Source: a virus
Lineage: Duplodnaviria; Heunggongvirae; Uroviricota; Caudoviricetes
Strand: one strand, 5' to 3'
DNA: 64,000 nucleotides
IMG/VR virus record: IMGVR_UViG_2939127364_000001
Part shown: positions 29,451-38,648 of the stretch, piece by piece
Layout of the letters: each line of letters starts with the position of its first letter
How positions within the stretch are numbered: position 1 is the first letter of the stretch
The notes under the pieces: generated by a model
Databases searched by the model: none
What the model saw: the letters and a program-made list of their open reading frames with translations, nothing else
Told to the model about the DNA's origin: nothing
Made by a program: the position numbers and the translations under genes

Positions 29451-29825
29451 TTACCACCAGGCGCAGAAGGTCAGTCTGTTATTGTGAAAGTCGTGGTTCT
29501 TAATCAGATCTTCCACAAGCTCTTTCAACTGCCCCACATCATGCCAGTAACCTTCATCGTACTCCTGACTGCCGAAGAAAAAACCTTCCCGGGTAGGCAA
29601 GTACTCTTCGCAATTACTTTCGTTTATGTGCATCAAATGAGCCTTCAGAAAACAAATGTCATTCATCGTTAATTCTAAAAGCTCACAATTTTCGACTTCA
29701 CCTACGTTGCGCTCCATCCACCCAACGAGCGCATTGAACTTACGGAAGTAAGCAACCTGCTTTCTGGATGCCTCGTTATTCAGATCGTTTTTAGGCTGTG
29801 TCTCGATATAGATATCAAGTCCCAT
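29451..29825 (-). CDS. Hypothetical protein (palindromic-motif regulon member)
   Basis: ATG at 29825 (MGLDIYIE...) with AAGGAAA RBS; track ORF starts at an upstream GTG. Confidence 0.35.
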   Translation of the reverse strand: MGLDIYIETQPKNDLNNEASRKQVAYFRKFNALVGWMERNVGEVENCELLELTMNDICFLKAHLMHINESNCEEYLPTREGFFFGSQEYDEGYWHDVGQLKELVEDLIKNHDFHNNRLTFCAWW

Positions 29826-29882
29826 GATGGTTTCCTTATTAAGTTGCTTCAGTGAAATCATTTTCACAAATCAGATAAGGCA

Positions 29883-29899
29883 GAAAACAAATTGTTATC
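29883..29899 (-). promoter_or_regulatory. Palindromic motif copy (GAAAACAAATTGTTATC)
   Basis: Upstream of the 29451-29825 gene. Confidence 0.5.
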
Positions 29900-29942
29900 G
29901 GGCATAAGAAAATGGCGCGGTTTACGCGCCATTCAAAGAGGA

Positions 29943-30338
29943 TTAAGCGAATACGCTTTCAGGGATTAAGGTGTCAGCAGGAATGCCGGAGGTAATGCGC
30001 AGGCCGTACTGACCAATCCAGGTAGTGTTGGTATTCAGGTTGGAGGCGAATACGGTGTTAACCATATTCATCATTGGTTCAAACACCTCTTCATCAACCT
30101 GGCGGAAGTAGTTCTCGATTTTCAGCAGCAGCGGGTCAGTTGCATCGAAAATAGACTGGTATTGAGTCGCGTACTCGCCGTCGGAGTCATCACCTTTACG
30201 CACGATCGTACTGGCCTGTACTTCGGCGCCAGTTTCGGTGTTGTACGTAACAACGGTGATTTTTGCCACATTCTTACCTTCGGCGGTTTCAGAGGCATAG
30301 TAAACATCAACTGTCAGTTTTTCGCGTTTAATGGTCAT
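29943..30338 (-). CDS. Hypothetical protein
   Basis: ATG 30338 (MTIKREKL...) with GGAGAG RBS; track start is an upstream TTG. Confidence 0.35.
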   Translation of the reverse strand: MTIKREKLTVDVYYASETAEGKNVAKITVVTYNTETGAEVQASTIVRKGDDSDGEYATQYQSIFDATDPLLLKIENYFRQVDEEVFEPMMNMVNTVFASNLNTNTTWIGQYGLRITSGIPADTLIPESVFA

Positions 30339-30464
30339 TTCACTCTCCGTAGTGTATTGGTTATTTTTATATTCTATGATCGTAAGTATGTACTTACAAT
30401 ACAAAAAAGCCCCGTAAGGATGGCGGGGCTGTCGTACTGTCGACTAATTACCACTTGCACATTA

Positions 30465-30776
30465 TCAGGCTATTGCCATCACTGATGCTCTCTGAATCTC
30501 TTGCTGGGCCACGCGGTTAACTTCCATCAAAGCCAGTTCGAGCTGATGTTCCGGCCACATTCTTTGAAATGCCATCCAGCCTTTTCCACGCTGGCGACGA
30601 ACATTCATTACATAACGAGTAAAGGTGTTTTTATCGAAAGACACCGCTGTTTCACGGAACAGACGAATAGAAGTTCCATTGGCAACGATGTCCAGGAAAG
30701 TTAATTGAGCAACCAGTGCAGGCTTCTCTTTTCTCTTCTGGTCTTTGTCCAGACCAAGAACCAATGATTTTTTCAT
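30465..30776 (-). CDS. Hypothetical protein (palindromic-motif regulon member)
   Basis: ATG 30776 (MKKSLVLG...) with GGAG RBS; degenerate palindrome copy just upstream. Confidence 0.35.
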   Translation of the reverse strand: MKKSLVLGLDKDQKRKEKPALVAQLTFLDIVANGTSIRLFRETAVSFDKNTFTRYVMNVRRQRGKGWMAFQRMWPEHQLELALMEVNRVAQQEIQRASVMAIA

Positions 30777-30786
30777 TACAACTCCG

Positions 30787-30803
30787 TAAACGACTTGTTT
30801 TCT
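30787..30803 (-). promoter_or_regulatory. Degenerate palindromic motif copy (AAACGACTTGTTTTCTC)
   Basis: Directly upstream of the GGAG RBS of the 30465-30776 gene. Confidence 0.35.
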
Positions 30804-30929
30804 CAATGGCGTAAATAATACCAGTAAGAAAACGGCTACAAAGCATATTGATCAGGTGCATGAGCGATATGCAGGTTCCTCCCTGCGGCTATAGAGAAAT
30901 TAAGCCAGCAATGCTGGCTTTGGTTAGGT

Positions 30930-31259
30930 TTACTCGAATACTTCAAGAAACTCCTGAACGTCCCAGTGCTGGACGAGGTGAAGATAGACCTTAGAAATAA
31001 CGTCATTTTCGCTATCGCATGTGAAGTAGTACTTCTGGCTGCGGTTGTATGTGTCCACACAAAATTCGCTCATATCCATAAAGTCAGCATCTTCACCCAT
31101 GTCGCAAATCATCAAAGCAGGTGCGTCATCACGAGTCATCAGCTCAAGCACCCACCGCGAATTGATCAGAGTGGAAGACCAACCTTCCAGCTCATAGAAC
31201 TGGTCAAACTCTTTTTGAGTCAATTTCTTGATTTGGTTGATGTCGATATTTGCAAACAT
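30930..31259 (-). CDS. Small highly acidic protein
   Basis: About 109 aa from MFANIDI, with roughly 22 Asp/Glu against 8 basic residues; AAGGA RBS; palindrome copy overlaps the track-listed upstream ATG. Confidence 0.35.
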   Translation of the reverse strand: MFANIDINQIKKLTQKEFDQFYELEGWSSTLINSRWVLELMTRDDAPALMICDMGEDADFMDMSEFCVDTYNRSQKYYFTCDSENDVISKVYLHLVQHWDVQEFLEVFE

Positions 31260-31268
31260 AAAGCAATC

Positions 31269-31285
31269 CTTAAACAACATGTTTT
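31269..31285 (-). promoter_or_regulatory. Palindromic motif variant (TAAACAACATGTTTTCT)
   Basis: Upstream of the acidic-protein gene. Confidence 0.4.
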
Positions 31286-31619
31286 CTTGATGGTGTTATT
31301 ATCGCAATAACGCACAGGCGAAAAAGGATTTTATTCCGGTGAATGTGGTTTTGGCAGTGAGTTTTCAGGTTCAGTACCGAGTACACTTTTTACATTATTC
31401 TGATTTAGTGGCCGAAGGTGGCTGGTGGGCAGAATAATCCTCTCCCCGAAAACCTACTGAAATCGATTGTGACCCGTTGGCTGTCTGGCACAATTACGCT
31501 GTAACTGGGCATTCAGAGGGAATCCAGCGGTAAGTAAGTTCGCCTGCACGTGAGCGCCTCTCTTCTTCCCGCACATTACAGGTGGGTAGCCGCAACTCTC
31601 CCTATCGCTATACCGGTAC

Positions 31620-31765
31620 GCCGCCGTTCCTGAACCGGCATCGAGCCTTTTCCCGAAATCCACACAGGCAACTCGACCGTTTCCCTGAAAATCCCCAGCC
31701 GTTCCCCGAAGGCAACCCAGCCGTTTCTGTAGCGGGATGCAGCCTTTTCCCTGTATGGACCGAAG
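31620..31765. repeat. Iteron-like direct repeats, family 1, cluster B (6 copies, 21-23 bp period)
   Basis: GCCGTTCCTGAA, GCCTTTTCCCGAAA, CCGTTTCCCTGAAAA, GCCGTTCCCCGAA, GCCGTTTCTGTAG, GCCTTTTCCCTGTA at roughly two-helical-turn spacing. Confidence 0.6.
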
Positions 31766-31899
31766 GCTAACCGTAGGGGTGTTACGGGGGATAAAATCAG
31801 GAGTTGAATAAATACGAAAAAGGAGGCGACACCCCTCCTTCCCTCCCCACTTATACATACCTGTCTTGTTCGCTATACATGTTGTGTTTTCTTCGTGTT

Positions 31900-32720
31900 T
31901 TATCTGTCTCAACCTCTCTATAGGCGTTAATGCTCACTCCTTCCAGAATGTTCTATACGGCGACTATTTCTGTTGGTGAATTGGGTGTGTCGTTCTCTCT
32001 GTCGGTGTAAATGGTTTCGTTCGTTTTGCGGTGGTTCTTCTGTGGGGTGTTCTCGTCGTTTTGGTGATTGTTCTTCTCCGTCTATGGAGTAATGGCAGGT
32101 GGGCGATTCCTTTCGTTATTGTGTTTGAGTTGTTTGTCTGGAGTGTGTGAAAGGCTTTTGTAGTTATTCGTGTATTGGGTAATGGCGTTTCCCGTGATTG
32201 TTATGTTTCGTGTCTTTTGGGATTGAGAGAAACCTTGCGGTTACAGGCTTCGTTGGGGTTTCAGTGATTCTGGTGTTTCTTCGCTGTTTGGGTAATGGCG
32301 TGTCGTGGGTATCGCGCGTATGAATGTTTTCGGATTGCCTGTGAAAGTTAGGTTGGTTGTCCGGTAGCCTGGGAAGAAGAGGTGGGTCTTTTCGGTAGCC
32401 TGCCATAAAGAGGTTGGTTGTTTTGGGGAATGACATGTGTGTTATTTAGTTGTTTTGTTATGCCTGAAAATAAGTTGTTTATATGGTTGTGTAACGCAAC
32501 GGGAACGATTTTGAGCGTGTGTTTTTGTTGGTAGTGTGTTGGATCGTCTGTGGTGAAAATTGGACGCTGTGGCGCTGTCTGCTGCGTAGAATTACGGGTA
32601 TAAGCAGTGATGTGTGAAAACGTCAATTTTTTAGACCAAATCGGGTGAAAGCGTTGATGTTTCGTTGATCTGTTATTCAGTTGTTTTCTTATTGGTATAA
32701 ACAACTATAACCTATTGATA
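31900..32720. other. Noncoding tract of about 0.8 kb, strongly G+T-rich on the plus strand, with internal direct repeats
   Basis: Few A/C on the plus strand; repeated GGTAATGGCG-containing units near 32086, 32176, 32290 and CGGTAGCCTG..AAGAGGTKGG near 32362 and 32393; only low-complexity ORFs. Confidence 0.5.
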
Positions 32721-32823
32721 TTTAAGGATGTGATTGCAGGTATAGAATGGGGGTAGTGGCGATCAACGGATTCTTATAGAAAAGAATCAAATTGTGACCG
32801 CCATTATCAATGAGTTGCAACCG

Positions 32824-33393
32824 TTAGTTGTTCAGATAAACATTTGGAACACGGACGTAGAAGTTCCTGTCGCCGGTAAGTTCCAGAGTAATGTTAATGT
32901 CATTACCATTGTCTAGTGTAGCCGTTGCTCTATAGAACTTATCCGTCACCTTGTCCTCTATTGTCACCTTCATACATTTTGGTGCAGTCGAACCGTTATT
33001 CTCTTTCAGAATGGTCGTTACGAGAGGACAAGCCGCTTCTTCAAGAGCAACCTCTTTCTGGTGTGGGATACCGATGAAGATGTTACCAGCAAGCAACGCG
33101 ACGATTACGATAAAAGGAAGTCGACTGCCTTTTGTAACGGTGGCACGTTTCCAGAGATAGACCGGAAGGAGAAATACTCCCCACAGGATGGCCGGTGGTT
33201 CATACCCTGCATCAGACAATGCCATTCTGTCAGCCACCAGAAAGCCGAGTCCAGCGACTCCACCTATCACTATTGCATAATTCAAATACTCATCTGGCGG
33301 CGCTCCAAAGAAGAGAGGCAGTAAAGCTAGAAGCCACGCATAAGCATTATTCAGAGGTTTTGTTTGTTGGTTCTGGGTTTCCATCACATCCAT
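32824..33393 (-). CDS. Inner-membrane protein with C-terminal soluble domain
   Basis: N-terminal hydrophobic helices (WLLALLPLFFG, IVIGGVAGLGFLV, ILWGVFLLPVYLW, FIVIVALLAGNIFIGI). Confidence 0.4.
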   Translation of the reverse strand: MDVMETQNQQTKPLNNAYAWLLALLPLFFGAPPDEYLNYAIVIGGVAGLGFLVADRMALSDAGYEPPAILWGVFLLPVYLWKRATVTKGSRLPFIVIVALLAGNIFIGIPHQKEVALEEAACPLVTTILKENNGSTAPKCMKVTIEDKVTDKFYRATATLDNGNDINITLELTGDRNFYVRVPNVYLNN

Positions 33394-33767
33394 TCCATCA
33401 CATAAAAATCGCGTTTATATATTATCAATTTTCTCACTTGTATAACCTAAATACGCATCCGTTTATCAATCCACCTTCCACAAACATCAGCTTTAGCTAT
33501 GAAAAATAACAATCTCAAAGTGAAAACCATTATCATAGGAAACGATTAGATGAGATGGTCTAATTCATCATCTATCATTGCTTTAACACTTGAATCATTA
33601 ACCCCGTATTGATTTATGAACCGTTTCAGCTCCGGTGAAAACTGAAGGTAGATATCGTGAGCGTTTTTCACTGTAGGTTCAACGCCACGCATTTCAAGCG
33701 CCTTTAGTAGATATGAGTCTTCTTTAAGCATAAATTCTCCGTTGTCTAGTATGAAGCGATTGCCGGA

Positions 33768-34067
33768 TTACCATTGCCAGCACTCTAGCCCTTCAACGAC
33801 CGGTGCACCACAATCAAAATGTACAGAGTCAAAGCCTACATCAAGTACTTTCTGAATGTTAGCAATCGCGCCTTCGGATATACCATATCGACGCAAGTCC
33901 TCTTTCCAGACATCATCCTGTAACCCGGCGTGGACAATACAACCGCCATCAATTTGTGAAACCCAATCCAGCTCATTGCTTGCGATCATGAATCGGCGAG
34001 CATCTTCCTCTGATGTATGAGATGAACTGATCAATGCCACCTGGTAGGCTTGGGTAATGTTCAACAT
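33768..34067 (-). CDS. Hypothetical protein (two palindrome copies upstream)
   Basis: 99 aa; GGAG RBS; palindrome copies at about 34080-34095 and 34130-34146. Confidence 0.4.
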   Translation of the reverse strand: MLNITQAYQVALISSSHTSEEDARRFMIASNELDWVSQIDGGCIVHAGLQDDVWKEDLRRYGISEGAIANIQKVLDVGFDSVHFDCGAPVVEGLECWQW

Positions 34068-34079
34068 TTCAACAACTCC

Positions 34080-34146
34080 GAAACAATTTGTTTTCTTATG
34101 TGGCTTATTATCTCAATCAACAAAAGGTAGAAAACAAATTGTTTTA
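34080..34146 (-). promoter_or_regulatory. Tandem pair of palindromic motif copies about 50 bp apart
   Basis: GAAACAATTTGTTTTC (34080-34095) and GAAAACAAATTGTTTTA (34130-34146), upstream of the 33768-34067 gene and just before the metG 3' end. Confidence 0.5.
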
Positions 34147-34179
34147 GGGTTTGTTAAAGTCAGAAGGGGTTGTGTCTAT

Positions 34180-34210
34180 ATGAAAATGCCCAGCGTGTTG
34201 CCGGGCATTG
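34180..34210 (-). terminator. metG intrinsic terminator (probable)
   Basis: Imperfect hairpin ATGCCCGGC...GCTGGGCAT followed by TTTTCAT on the minus strand, 20-50 nt after the metG stop. Confidence 0.45.
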
Positions 34211-34228
34211 CGAACAGAGGTTGTTTAA

Positions 34229-36262
34229 TTACTTAACCTGGTGGCCTGGTTTAGCACCAGCATCCGGGCTTAACAGGAAGATATCTTTCCCGCCGGGGCC
34301 AGCAGCCATCACCATGCCTTCGGAGATACCGAAGCGCATTTTACGCGGAGCCAGGTTAGCCACCATAATGGTGTGACGACCAATCAGTGCCTGTGGGTCT
34401 GGATAAGCAGAACGGATGCCTGAGAAGACATTACGCTTTTCACCACCGAGATCCAGTGTCAGACGCAGCAGTTTGTCAGAACCTTCGACAAACTCCGCGT
34501 TTTCAATCAGCGCCACACGCAGGTCAACTTTGGCGAAGTCGTCAAAGGTGATGGTTTCCTGAATCGGGTCGTCAGCCAGTGGGCCAGTTACCGGTGCAGC
34601 TGTGGCTTTCACTTCTTCTTTGGATGCTTCCACCAGTGCTTCCACCTGTTTCATATCGATACGGTTATACAATGCCTTGAACGGATTCACTTTATGGCCC
34701 AGCAGCGGTTGCTGGATACCATCCCAGGTCAGTTCTGTATTCAGGAATGCTTCTGCACGTTCAGTCAGTTTCGGCAGTACCGGTTTCAAGTACGTCATCA
34801 GCACGCGGAACAGGTTAATGCCCATAGAGCAAATCGCCTGCAGATCGGCATCGCGTCCTTCCTGCTTCGCCACCACCCACGGAGCCTGTTCATCGACATA
34901 TCGGTTAGCCAGGTCAGCCAATGCCATGATTTCACGGATAGCTTTACCAAATTCGCGGCTTTCCCATGCTTCGCCAATCACTTCAGCGGCATCAGTAAAG
35001 GTTTTGTACAGTTGCGGGTCAGCCAGTTCGCTTGCCAGCACGCCGTCAAAACGCTTGTTGATAAAGCCTGCATTACGGGAGGCCAGGTTAACCACTTTGT
35101 TCACGATATCGGCATTCACGCGCTGAACGAAATCCTCCAGGTTGAGATCGATATCATCAATGCGCGAAGAGAGTTTCGCAGTGTAGTAGTAACGCAGGCT
35201 GTCGGCGTCAAAATGATTCAGCCAGGTGCTGGCTTTAATAAAGGTGCCGCGAGACTTGGACATCTTCGCGCCGTTCACCGTCACATAGCCGTGAACAAAC
35301 AGGTTGGTCGGCTTGCGGAAGTTGCTGCCTTCCAGCATGGCAGGCCAGAACAGGCTGTGGAAGTAAACAATATCTTTACCGATGAAGTGGTACAGCTCGG
35401 CTGTGGAGTCTTTCTTCCAGTATTCATCGAAGCTGGTGGTATCGCCGCGCTTGTCGCACAGATTCTTGAAGGAACCCATGTAGCCAATCGGCGCGTCCAG
35501 CCAGACGTAGAAATATTTGCCCGGCGCGTTCGGAATTTCAAAACCGAAGTAAGGCGCATCGCGGGAGATATCCCACTGTTGCAGGCCGGATTCAAACCAC
35601 TCCTGCATTTTGTTCGCCACCTGCTCCTGCAACGCACCGCTGCGGGTCCATGCCTGCAACATTTCGCTGAAAGAGGGCAGATCAAAGAAGAAGTGTTCGG
35701 AATCACGCATTACCGGGGTAGCGCCAGAAACCACCGATTTCGGCTCGATCAATTCAGTCGGGCTATATGTTGCGCCGCAGACTTCACAGTTATCGCCGTA
35801 TTGATCTGGCGCTTTACATTTCGGGCAGGTGCCTTTCACAAAACGATCCGGCAGGAACATGCCTTTTTCCGGGTCGTACAACTGAGAGATAGTGCGGTTT
35901 TTAATAAAACCGTTCTCTTTCAGGCGAGTATAGATAAGCTCAGACAGCTGGCGGTTCTCTTCGCTGTGCGTCGAGTGATAGTTGTCATAGCTGATGTTAA
36001 AGCCTGCGAAATCAGTCTGGTGTTCCTGACTCATTTCGCCAATCATCTGCTCCGGTGTGATACCAAGCTGCTGTGCTTTCAGCATGATCGGCGTACCGTG
36101 GGCATCGTCGGCACAGATGAAATTAACCTCGTGGCCGCGCATTCGCTGGTAACGAACCCAGACATCAGCCTGGATGTGCTCCAGCATATGGCCGAGGTGG
36201 ATTGAGCCGTTAGCGTACGGCAGCGCGCACGTCACCAGAATTTTCTTCGCGACTTGGGTCAT
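34229..36262 (-). CDS. metG: Methionine--tRNA ligase
   Basis: 677 aa from [29 protein letters not shown] (HIGH motif), KMSKS present, C-terminal tRNA-binding domain; near identical to the E. coli MetG I know. Track ORF is an N-terminally over-extended version. Confidence 0.95.
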   Translation of the reverse strand: MTQVAKKILVTCALPYANGSIHLGHMLEHIQADVWVRYQRMRGHEVNFICADDAHGTPIMLKAQQLGITPEQMIGEMSQEHQTDFAGFNISYDNYHSTHSEENRQLSELIYTRLKENGFIKNRTISQLYDPEKGMFLPDRFVKGTCPKCKAPDQYGDNCEVCGATYSPTELIEPKSVVSGATPVMRDSEHFFFDLPSFSEMLQAWTRSGALQEQVANKMQEWFESGLQQWDISRDAPYFGFEIPNAPGKYFYVWLDAPIGYMGSFKNLCDKRGDTTSFDEYWKKDSTAELYHFIGKDIVYFHSLFWPAMLEGSNFRKPTNLFVHGYVTVNGAKMSKSRGTFIKASTWLNHFDADSLRYYYTAKLSSRIDDIDLNLEDFVQRVNADIVNKVVNLASRNAGFINKRFDGVLASELADPQLYKTFTDAAEVIGEAWESREFGKAIREIMALADLANRYVDEQAPWVVAKQEGRDADLQAICSMGINLFRVLMTYLKPVLPKLTERAEAFLNTELTWDGIQQPLLGHKVNPFKALYNRIDMKQVEALVEASKEEVKATAAPVTGPLADDPIQETITFDDFAKVDLRVALIENAEFVEGSDKLLRLTLDLGGEKRNVFSGIRSAYPDPQALIGRHTIMVANLAPRKMRFGISEGMVMAAGPGGKDIFLLSPDAGAKPGHQVK

Positions 36263-36419
36263 AGTAGGCATTACTTCTTTGTAGTGAAAAGGGGCTTGAT
36301 AGTAACAAAATGGCCTTATGTCTGCCATGTGATAACAGCATTTCTCATAAATGATTAAATGTCGTAGCTGGAGTACACTACAAGGCGACAATTGCGCAAA
36401 TTAAAATAAAGGAGACGGG

Positions 36420-37520
36420 ATGAGCGAGTCCAAATCGCCGGATGCCCTGAGAGCAATGGTAGCCGGTACGCTGGCTAATTTTCAGCACCCAACCCTGAAA
36501 CACAACCTGACTACGCTTAAAGCGTTACACCATGTTGCGTTGATGGATGACACACTGCATGTCGAACTAATCATGCCTTTCGTGTGGAATAAGCCTTTTG
36601 AAGACCTGAAAGAGCAATGTAGTGGTGATCTGCTCCGTATCACTGGCGCAAAGGCTATTGACTGGAAGCTGTCGTACAACATTGCCACGCTTAAGCGCGT
36701 CAAAAACCAACCAGGCATTAATGGCGTTAAGAACATTATCGCCGTCAGCTCAGGCAAGGGCGGCGTGGGTAAATCCTCCACGGCGGTAAACCTGGCACTG
36801 GCGTTGGCTGCTGAAGGTGCGAAAGTTGGTATTTTGGATGCCGATATCTATGGTCCATCAATTCCAACCATGCTGGGCGCGGAAAACCAACGTCCAACCT
36901 CACCTGACGGTACTCACATGGCACCTATCATGTCTCATGGCCTGGCAACCAACTCTATTGGTTATCTGGTCACCGACGACAATGCAATGGTGTGGCGTGG
37001 ACCGATGGCCAGCAAGGCGCTGATGCAGATGTTGCAGGAAACTCTATGGCCTGATCTGGACTATCTCGTTCTCGATATGCCGCCGGGCACTGGTGATATT
37101 CAGTTGACGCTGGCGCAGAACATTCCTGTAACTGGTGCGGTTGTGGTAACTACGCCGCAAGACATCGCGCTGATCGATGCGAAGAAAGGCATTGTGATGT
37201 TCGAAAAAGTCGAAGTGCCGGTACTGGGTATCGTCGAAAACATGAGTGTGCATATTTGCAGTAACTGCGGTCATCACGAGCCAATTTTTGGCACCGGTGG
37301 CGCACAGAAACTGGCCGAGAAATACAACACGCAGTTGTTAGGCCAAATGCCACTTCATATCTCTCTTCGTGAAGATCTGGATAACGGAACACCAACCGTT
37401 ATTAGTCGTCCAGATAGCGAATTTACGGCTATTTATCGTGACCTCGCAGATCGCGTTGCCGCCCAAATGTATTGGCAAGGTGAAGTAATACCTGGCGAAA
37501 TCGCATTCCGCGCAGTGTGA
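36420..37520 (+). CDS. apbC: Fe-S cluster carrier ATPase ApbC/Mrp
   Basis: P-loop SGKGGVGKSST, Mrp/NBP35 CxxC motif (CSNCGHH); divergent from metG as in E. coli. Confidence 0.95.
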   Translation: MSESKSPDALRAMVAGTLANFQHPTLKHNLTTLKALHHVALMDDTLHVELIMPFVWNKPFEDLKEQCSGDLLRITGAKAIDWKLSYNIATLKRVKNQPGINGVKNIIAVSSGKGGVGKSSTAVNLALALAAEGAKVGILDADIYGPSIPTMLGAENQRPTSPDGTHMAPIMSHGLATNSIGYLVTDDNAMVWRGPMASKALMQMLQETLWPDLDYLVLDMPPGTGDIQLTLAQNIPVTGAVVVTTPQDIALIDAKKGIVMFEKVEVPVLGIVENMSVHICSNCGHHEPIFGTGGAQKLAEKYNTQLLGQMPLHISLREDLDNGTPTVISRPDSEFTAIYRDLADRVAAQMYWQGEVIPGEIAFRAV

Positions 37521-37556
37521 TAAAAGGCGGTGCATTGCACCGCCTAATCAGTTCTC

Positions 37557-37946
37557 CTACATCACGGGACAATCATCAAACTCGCCACTTCTTGCGTCGT
37601 TGATAATGTGAGTGATCACACCAAACACGGCATTGCTGCCCGTGCATCCATCGTCATCCTTTGGCAATGCTTCCTTCTTACCGGTTCTTAAATCCTCCAG
37701 ATGCTGACGTGGGTACTTCCGGTATCTTTTTACGCGATATTCCCCATCCAGAGCGCATACAAGCAGAGAACCATCAACCGGGGTAAGTGAGGAATCGACC
37801 ACCAGCAATGCACCCTGTAATATTCCCTCACGATGATGACTATCAGCTGCCCTCATGAAGTAGGTCGCTGAAGGATGTCTAATTATCTGCTGATCAAGAG
37901 AAATACGGCTCTCAGCATAATCCGCCGCAGGAGAAGGGAAGCCCAT
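37557..37946 (-). CDS. UmuD'-like S24 peptidase-fold protein (HumD-like, lacks the UmuD N-terminal arm)
   Basis: MGFPSPAADYAESRISLDQQIIRHPSATYF aligns with UmuD from Gly25 (the UmuD' N-terminus); Ser in AADSHH and Lys in YRVKRY at catalytic positions; LexA box 19 nt upstream. Confidence 0.7.
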   Translation of the reverse strand: MGFPSPAADYAESRISLDQQIIRHPSATYFMRAADSHHREGILQGALLVVDSSLTPVDGSLLVCALDGEYRVKRYRKYPRQHLEDLRTGKKEALPKDDDGCTGSNAVFGVITHIINDARSGEFDDCPVM

Positions 37947-37964
37947 AGCGTTTTCACCTCAGAG

Positions 37965-37984
37965 TACTGTTTATCCATACAGTA
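37965..37984 (-). promoter_or_regulatory. LexA (SOS) box upstream of the UmuD'-like gene
   Basis: TACTGTTTATCCATACAGTA (CTGT-N8-ACAG) 19 nt upstream of ATG, followed by GAGGTG RBS. Confidence 0.7.
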
Positions 37985-38044
37985 TACATTAAAGATGCTT
38001 GAAGTGTGCAATAGCGCGATGCTTTGCGCTCGTCTGGTGGCGCG

Positions 38045-38296
38045 TTATTTTTTGGCTATATCTTCTTTCTGATATACCGGATCGTTTCCTTTTGGCAGCA
38101 GGAGGCTTAACTGCCGGTAGTGCCGTAGCCGTTCCATGAAATAGGTGCGCAGGTTCTCAGGTTGCTCACGGGCTACCTGTTCCGCTATGACGGGTATGTT
38201 CAATCGCTCTTTGTAGGCAACCCCCCTGGCAGCCAGGTCAACGTTAACTTTATTCCTTTCTTCCTGGCTTTTGGCTGCTATGTTCCAGTTGCTCAT
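38045..38296 (-). CDS. Hypothetical small protein
   Basis: 83 aa ORF between the hsdM promoter region and the UmuD'-like gene. Confidence 0.3.
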   Translation of the reverse strand: MSNWNIAAKSQEERNKVNVDLAARGVAYKERLNIPVIAEQVAREQPENLRTYFMERLRHYRQLSLLLPKGNDPVYQKEDIAKK

Positions 38297-38648
38297 GTTT
38301 AAGGCTCACATTTCCAGATGGTATTCTGAACACCCGTACCAGGCGCAAGATGAGGGTTAGCGTTCGCGCTATGCAGATATACAGCTTTAGACTTTCCGTA
38401 TTGCTGACAGGCTTTATCTGCGTTTTTTGGCAGGCTATCCAAGCCAATACCAGCCATCGAACTGGATGCTAACCTTTTCACCGTCATTGTATTGCACCAT
38501 CGCACACCCAGACATAGCTAAAATCGCACCGACAATACCGCTTTTCCAAAAAGCTCTAATTAGGTCATTCGTTACCTAATGTCCGAACTGCTAAAGCATC
38601 CAAGTTGCTGTAGAATCACATCCAATTACTTAAACCTGAAATAAGTGG

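Noticed and set aside
31454-31912. 152-aa minus-strand ORF (and plus-strand ORF 31582-31770) overlapping iteron cluster B; likewise plus-strand ORF 27754-28068 over cluster A
   Set aside because: The translations are periodic low-complexity products of the repeats, without RBS support; judged spurious.
32164-32704. Two minus-strand ORFs (90 and 118 aa) inside the G+T-rich tract
   Set aside because: Low-complexity Pro/Thr/Asn/Gln/His-rich translations driven by the strand composition bias; no RBS; more likely noncoding.
34694-36205. 503-aa plus-strand ORF, and several shorter ones, antisense to metG
   Set aside because: Lies entirely within the well-supported metG coding region on the opposite strand; Arg/His-rich antisense artefact.
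37557-38044. Possibility that the S24-fold gene is a full-length UmuD or a phage CI/LexA-type repressor
   Set aside because: The frame has no start upstream of 37946 and no helix-turn-helix domain; the protein begins at the UmuD' cleavage-product position, so it is neither.
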